Positions 61,595 to 64,000 of a stretch of 64,000 bases of DNA are shown here, in pieces. The notes below the pieces were generated by a model, which saw nothing but the letters and a program-made list of their open reading frames with translations, had not been told where the DNA came from and made no database searches. Where the stretch lies: positions 1,431-65,430 of the forward strand of contig DASVVX010000006.1 of assembly GCA_036386295.1 (NCBI GenBank). The letters run 5' to 3'. Source of the stretch: Allosphingosinicella sp. (GTDB lineage Bacteria > Pseudomonadota > Alphaproteobacteria > Sphingomonadales > Sphingomonadaceae). Numbering within the stretch: position 1 is the first letter of the stretch; the number at the start of each line of letters is the position of its first letter. A program made the translations under genes and the position numbers.

Positions 61595-62068
61595 CTAGCT
61601 GGCGATGGCGTTCCGGCGCAGGTCGCGGGCGCGGGTGAGGATGATCTCCTCGAGCTTCTGGACCGTCGCGGCGGCCACCGGGGCGTCGATCCACTGGCCG
61701 CCCTGCATCACCTGCCGTGCCGCGGCGACTCGAAGCGCGTCGGCGCGCAGGTCGCGGTCGAGGATGGTGGCGGTGATCTTGACCCGCTCGTTCGGCGAGC
61801 TCGGGTTGGTGTACCAGTCGGTCACCAGCACTCCGCCGTTCGAATCGACCTGGGCCATCGGGGCGAACGAGAGGGTGTCGAGCGCCGCCCGCCACAGATA
61901 GGAATTGACGCCGATCGTCGTCACCTGCGACGCCGCCAGGTCCGCCTCGCGAGCTCGGTCGGGCGAGCCGCCTCCAAGCGTTTTGTTGATGTCCTCCTGG
62001 ACGTAGGAACAGGCCGAAAGCCCGAAGGCGCCGGCTGCTGCCAGGGCCAGAATTGAGGCGCGTCGCAT
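61595..62068 (-). CDS. DUF3576-family lipoprotein
   Basis: LSAC lipobox; [22 protein letters not shown]...TDWY motif. Confidence 0.88.
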   Translation of the reverse strand: MRRASILALAAAGAFGLSACSYVQEDINKTLGGGSPDRAREADLAASQVTTIGVNSYLWRAALDTLSFAPMAQVDSNGGVLVTDWYTNPSSPNERVKITATILDRDLRADALRVAAARQVMQGGQWIDAPVAAATVQKLEEIILTRARDLRRNAIAS

Positions 62069-62306
62069 GAAAGCTTGTGTCCTTGAAACTACAGGGGTCG
62101 AGCGCCGTTATAGAACGCGCCACGCGGGCGGCAAGCCGTCTCTCTCGGTAGGGAGCATCGCCGACCGGGGGCGCTGGACCGAGAGCCGAGTTCGGGGCTG
62201 TGGAAAAGATGCAACATGCCGGAACGATTCGTGTCCCCCCGGGCCGCTTCGCTGGTTTGACGCGTTTGGACGTACTACATCCCGAACGGTACGGGAGTCG
62301 CCAGTC

Positions 62307-63023
62307 GTGGTATTGAAGCTCGCAGGACCGGTTGCAGTGGGAGGCGCGGCGCTCGTCGCGCTGTCGCTTCTGCTGAGTCCGGCGATCGCGGCGAATACCC
62401 AGCCCGCCAGGAAGGCCCGGCCGACCGCCTCGCTCCGCGCCGGCACGTTCACGCCTGCCGTCGCCGATCCCCGCCTTGCCGCCGAGCTCGCCCGACGCGG
62501 TTCGCAGGCCAGCAGCTTCCGCTTTACCCCGGCGCCGACGGCGGTGAGCCGCAGCAAGTCGATCCGGGTCGCCATCCGGGCCCGCGCCGCCACTCCGGCC
62601 GGAGCGTTGCGCTCGGTCGCCGACGCTTCGGCGACGCCGGTCACCGCGATCACCCCGGTCGTCTACAATCTCGGCGCGTCGATCGGCTGGAAGCGCTTCG
62701 CCGTCTCCGGCGACGTCGATAGCGTCAAGGGCGGCACTTTGCCCGGCGGCCGCCAGGCGGCGGAGGTCGGCGTCAGCTATTCCGGTGACCGCTTCACGGC
62801 CCGCGCCGAGGCCGGAGTCGCCCGCGCCGATCCGGCGACGCCGCGGATCATCGCCGACGACGAGAGCTACACGGTCGGCGTCGGCGGTTCTTACCGCATC
62901 GCCCGGAACCTCGATGTCACCGGCGGAGTCCGCTACAAGGTGCAGCGCGACCGCCTCGAGGCTCTCGCCGACCAGCGCCGCGACAGCCAGGCGGTCTACG
63001 TCGGGACGGCGTTCCGCTTCTAA
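62307..63023 (+). CDS. Putative outer-membrane beta-barrel protein
   Basis: Signal peptide, amphipathic beta-strands, C-terminal YVGTAFRF; start estimated. Confidence 0.75.
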   Translation: MVLKLAGPVAVGGAALVALSLLLSPAIAANTQPARKARPTASLRAGTFTPAVADPRLAAELARRGSQASSFRFTPAPTAVSRSKSIRVAIRARAATPAGALRSVADASATPVTAITPVVYNLGASIGWKRFAVSGDVDSVKGGTLPGGRQAAEVGVSYSGDRFTARAEAGVARADPATPRIIADDESYTVGVGGSYRIARNLDVTGGVRYKVQRDRLEALADQRRDSQAVYVGTAFRF

Positions 63024-63045
63024 CGCCCGGCCTCCGTCCTCTCGC

Positions 63046-63135
63046 CGTCACCATCATCCTGAACTTGTTTCCGGATCCAGTTTCCGCCTCCCCGGCGAAT
63101 GACGAGCTGGACCCTGAAACAAGTTCAGGGTGACG
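63046..63135. repeat. Family C palindromic element
   Basis: cgtcac-catcatcctgaacttgtttccggatccag ... ctggaccctgaaacaagttcagggtgacg. Confidence 0.9.
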
Positions 63136-63153
63136 GGTTGAGGGCGCGAGCGT

Positions 63154-63660
63154 TCAGGGGGACGTGAGCGCGTCGATCCCGGCCCAACCGTAGATGTGCG
63201 GCAGCCGACGCGCCTTCTTCGAATCCACTCCCCCCAGTGCGATGACCGGCACCCGCGCCTGTCGGGCGATCAGGCCGAAGCGCACCGGCCCGAGCGCCCG
63301 GGCGTCCGGATGCGATCGGGTGGGGAAGGCGGGAGAGAGAAAGATCAGCTTCGCGCCGGAGCGCTCGGCCATCTTCAGCTCGATCAGGCTGTGCGCAGAG
63401 GCGCTGAACGAGCGGTGACGACCGCCATGCCGCCCGTCTCCGCGCAGTCCGTCGCCGCCGGCGAGGATGAGCAGCCGGCGCCGACGAGCCACCTTGCGCA
63501 CCCGCTCGAACAGCTTCCGCCTTTCGCGGGGCTCAAGGCGATAATGGCGGAAGACGACCCCCGCCCCTCTCGGCAACGCGTCCAGCGCCGCCCACAAGGC
63601 CTCCCCCTGGCGTTCGTCGGTCATCAGCCAGAGGCGCGGCAGAGGCTGGCGGCGGGACAT
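63154..63660 (-). CDS. Thiamine phosphate synthase-like (ThiE/TenI) protein
   Basis: LMTDER, SAHS, FLSP.FPTRSHP and IALGG motifs. Confidence 0.85.
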   Translation of the reverse strand: MSRRQPLPRLWLMTDERQGEALWAALDALPRGAGVVFRHYRLEPRERRKLFERVRKVARRRRLLILAGGDGLRGDGRHGGRHRSFSASAHSLIELKMAERSGAKLIFLSPAFPTRSHPDARALGPVRFGLIARQARVPVIALGGVDSKKARRLPHIYGWAGIDALTSP

Positions 63661-63681
63661 GGGCCTTCCTATAGCCGCCTT
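63661..63681. promoter_or_regulatory. Candidate bidirectional -10 element for two leaderless genes
   Basis: Palindromic CTATAG (63669-63674) lies 8 and 7 bp from two divergent ATGs. Confidence 0.55.
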
Positions 63682-64000
63682 ATGACCGGCGCATCACCCG
63701 CCCAGCGGCTCGACGAAATTAGGGAAAGGATCGCCAGGGCGGCGCGCCTTGCGGGCCGCGATCCCGACGAGGTCGCCCTGATCGCCGTCTCCAAGACCCA
63801 TGCGGCCGAGGCGATCCGGCCGCTGATCGAAGCCGGCCAGCGCGAGTTCGGCGAGAATCGGGTCCAGGAAGCGCAGTCGAAATGGCCGGCCCTGAAGGCC
63901 GAGGCCCGGGACGTCCGGCTCCACCTTATCGGCACGCTCCAGTCCAACAAGGCCGAGGAGGCGGTCGCCCTGTTCGACGTGCTCCATTCGGTCGACCGGC
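63682..64000 (+). CDS. yggS: YggS-family PLP-binding protein, truncated by the window end
   Basis: LIAVSKTH, FGENRVQEA, HLIG.LQSNK and HSVDR motifs. Confidence 0.95.
   Translation, partial: MTGASPAQRLDEIRERIARAARLAGRDPDEVALIAVSKTHAAEAIRPLIEAGQREFGENRVQEAQSKWPALKAEARDVRLHLIGTLQSNKAEEAVALFDVLHSVDR

Overview
A GC-rich alphaproteobacterial chromosome segment whose gene set and order point to Sphingomonadaceae (inference). It spans the replication origin: ppsR-maf-aroE-coaE-dnaQ | oriC | hemE-hemJ-rho ... mnmE-mnmG-rsmG-parA-parB, with two parS sites. The rest is mostly housekeeping: dapD, galU, the rib cluster, gltX, prs, rpmI-rplT, aceA with a RamB/ScfR-type regulator, pheST, ftsEX, pfk, tRNA-Leu(GAG), PBP1A and leuS. 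I saw no transposase, integrase, phage gene or CRISPR array. The most unusual features cluster at pheST: (i) a palindromic repeat inserted in frame inside pheS; (ii) a second copy forming a 36-aa mini-ORF with ATGA overlaps to both pheS and pheT; (iii) a low-GC, apparently replaced and extended pheS 5' end; (iv) an unannotated 47-aa orphan VapB-like ORF just upstream. Fourteen REP-like palindromic elements in five sequence families occur in the window. Four families share CGTC...GACG ends, and several copies supply gene parts (Shine-Dalgarno, C-terminus, stop codon). Other points are a probable CTG start for ftsE, a short HPF, Zur-like boxes before tonB, a structured leader before a cell wall hydrolase, probable leaderless and bidirectional promoters, and two single-base frameshifts that may be sequencing errors. 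All product calls come from motif recognition by eye, not database searches.
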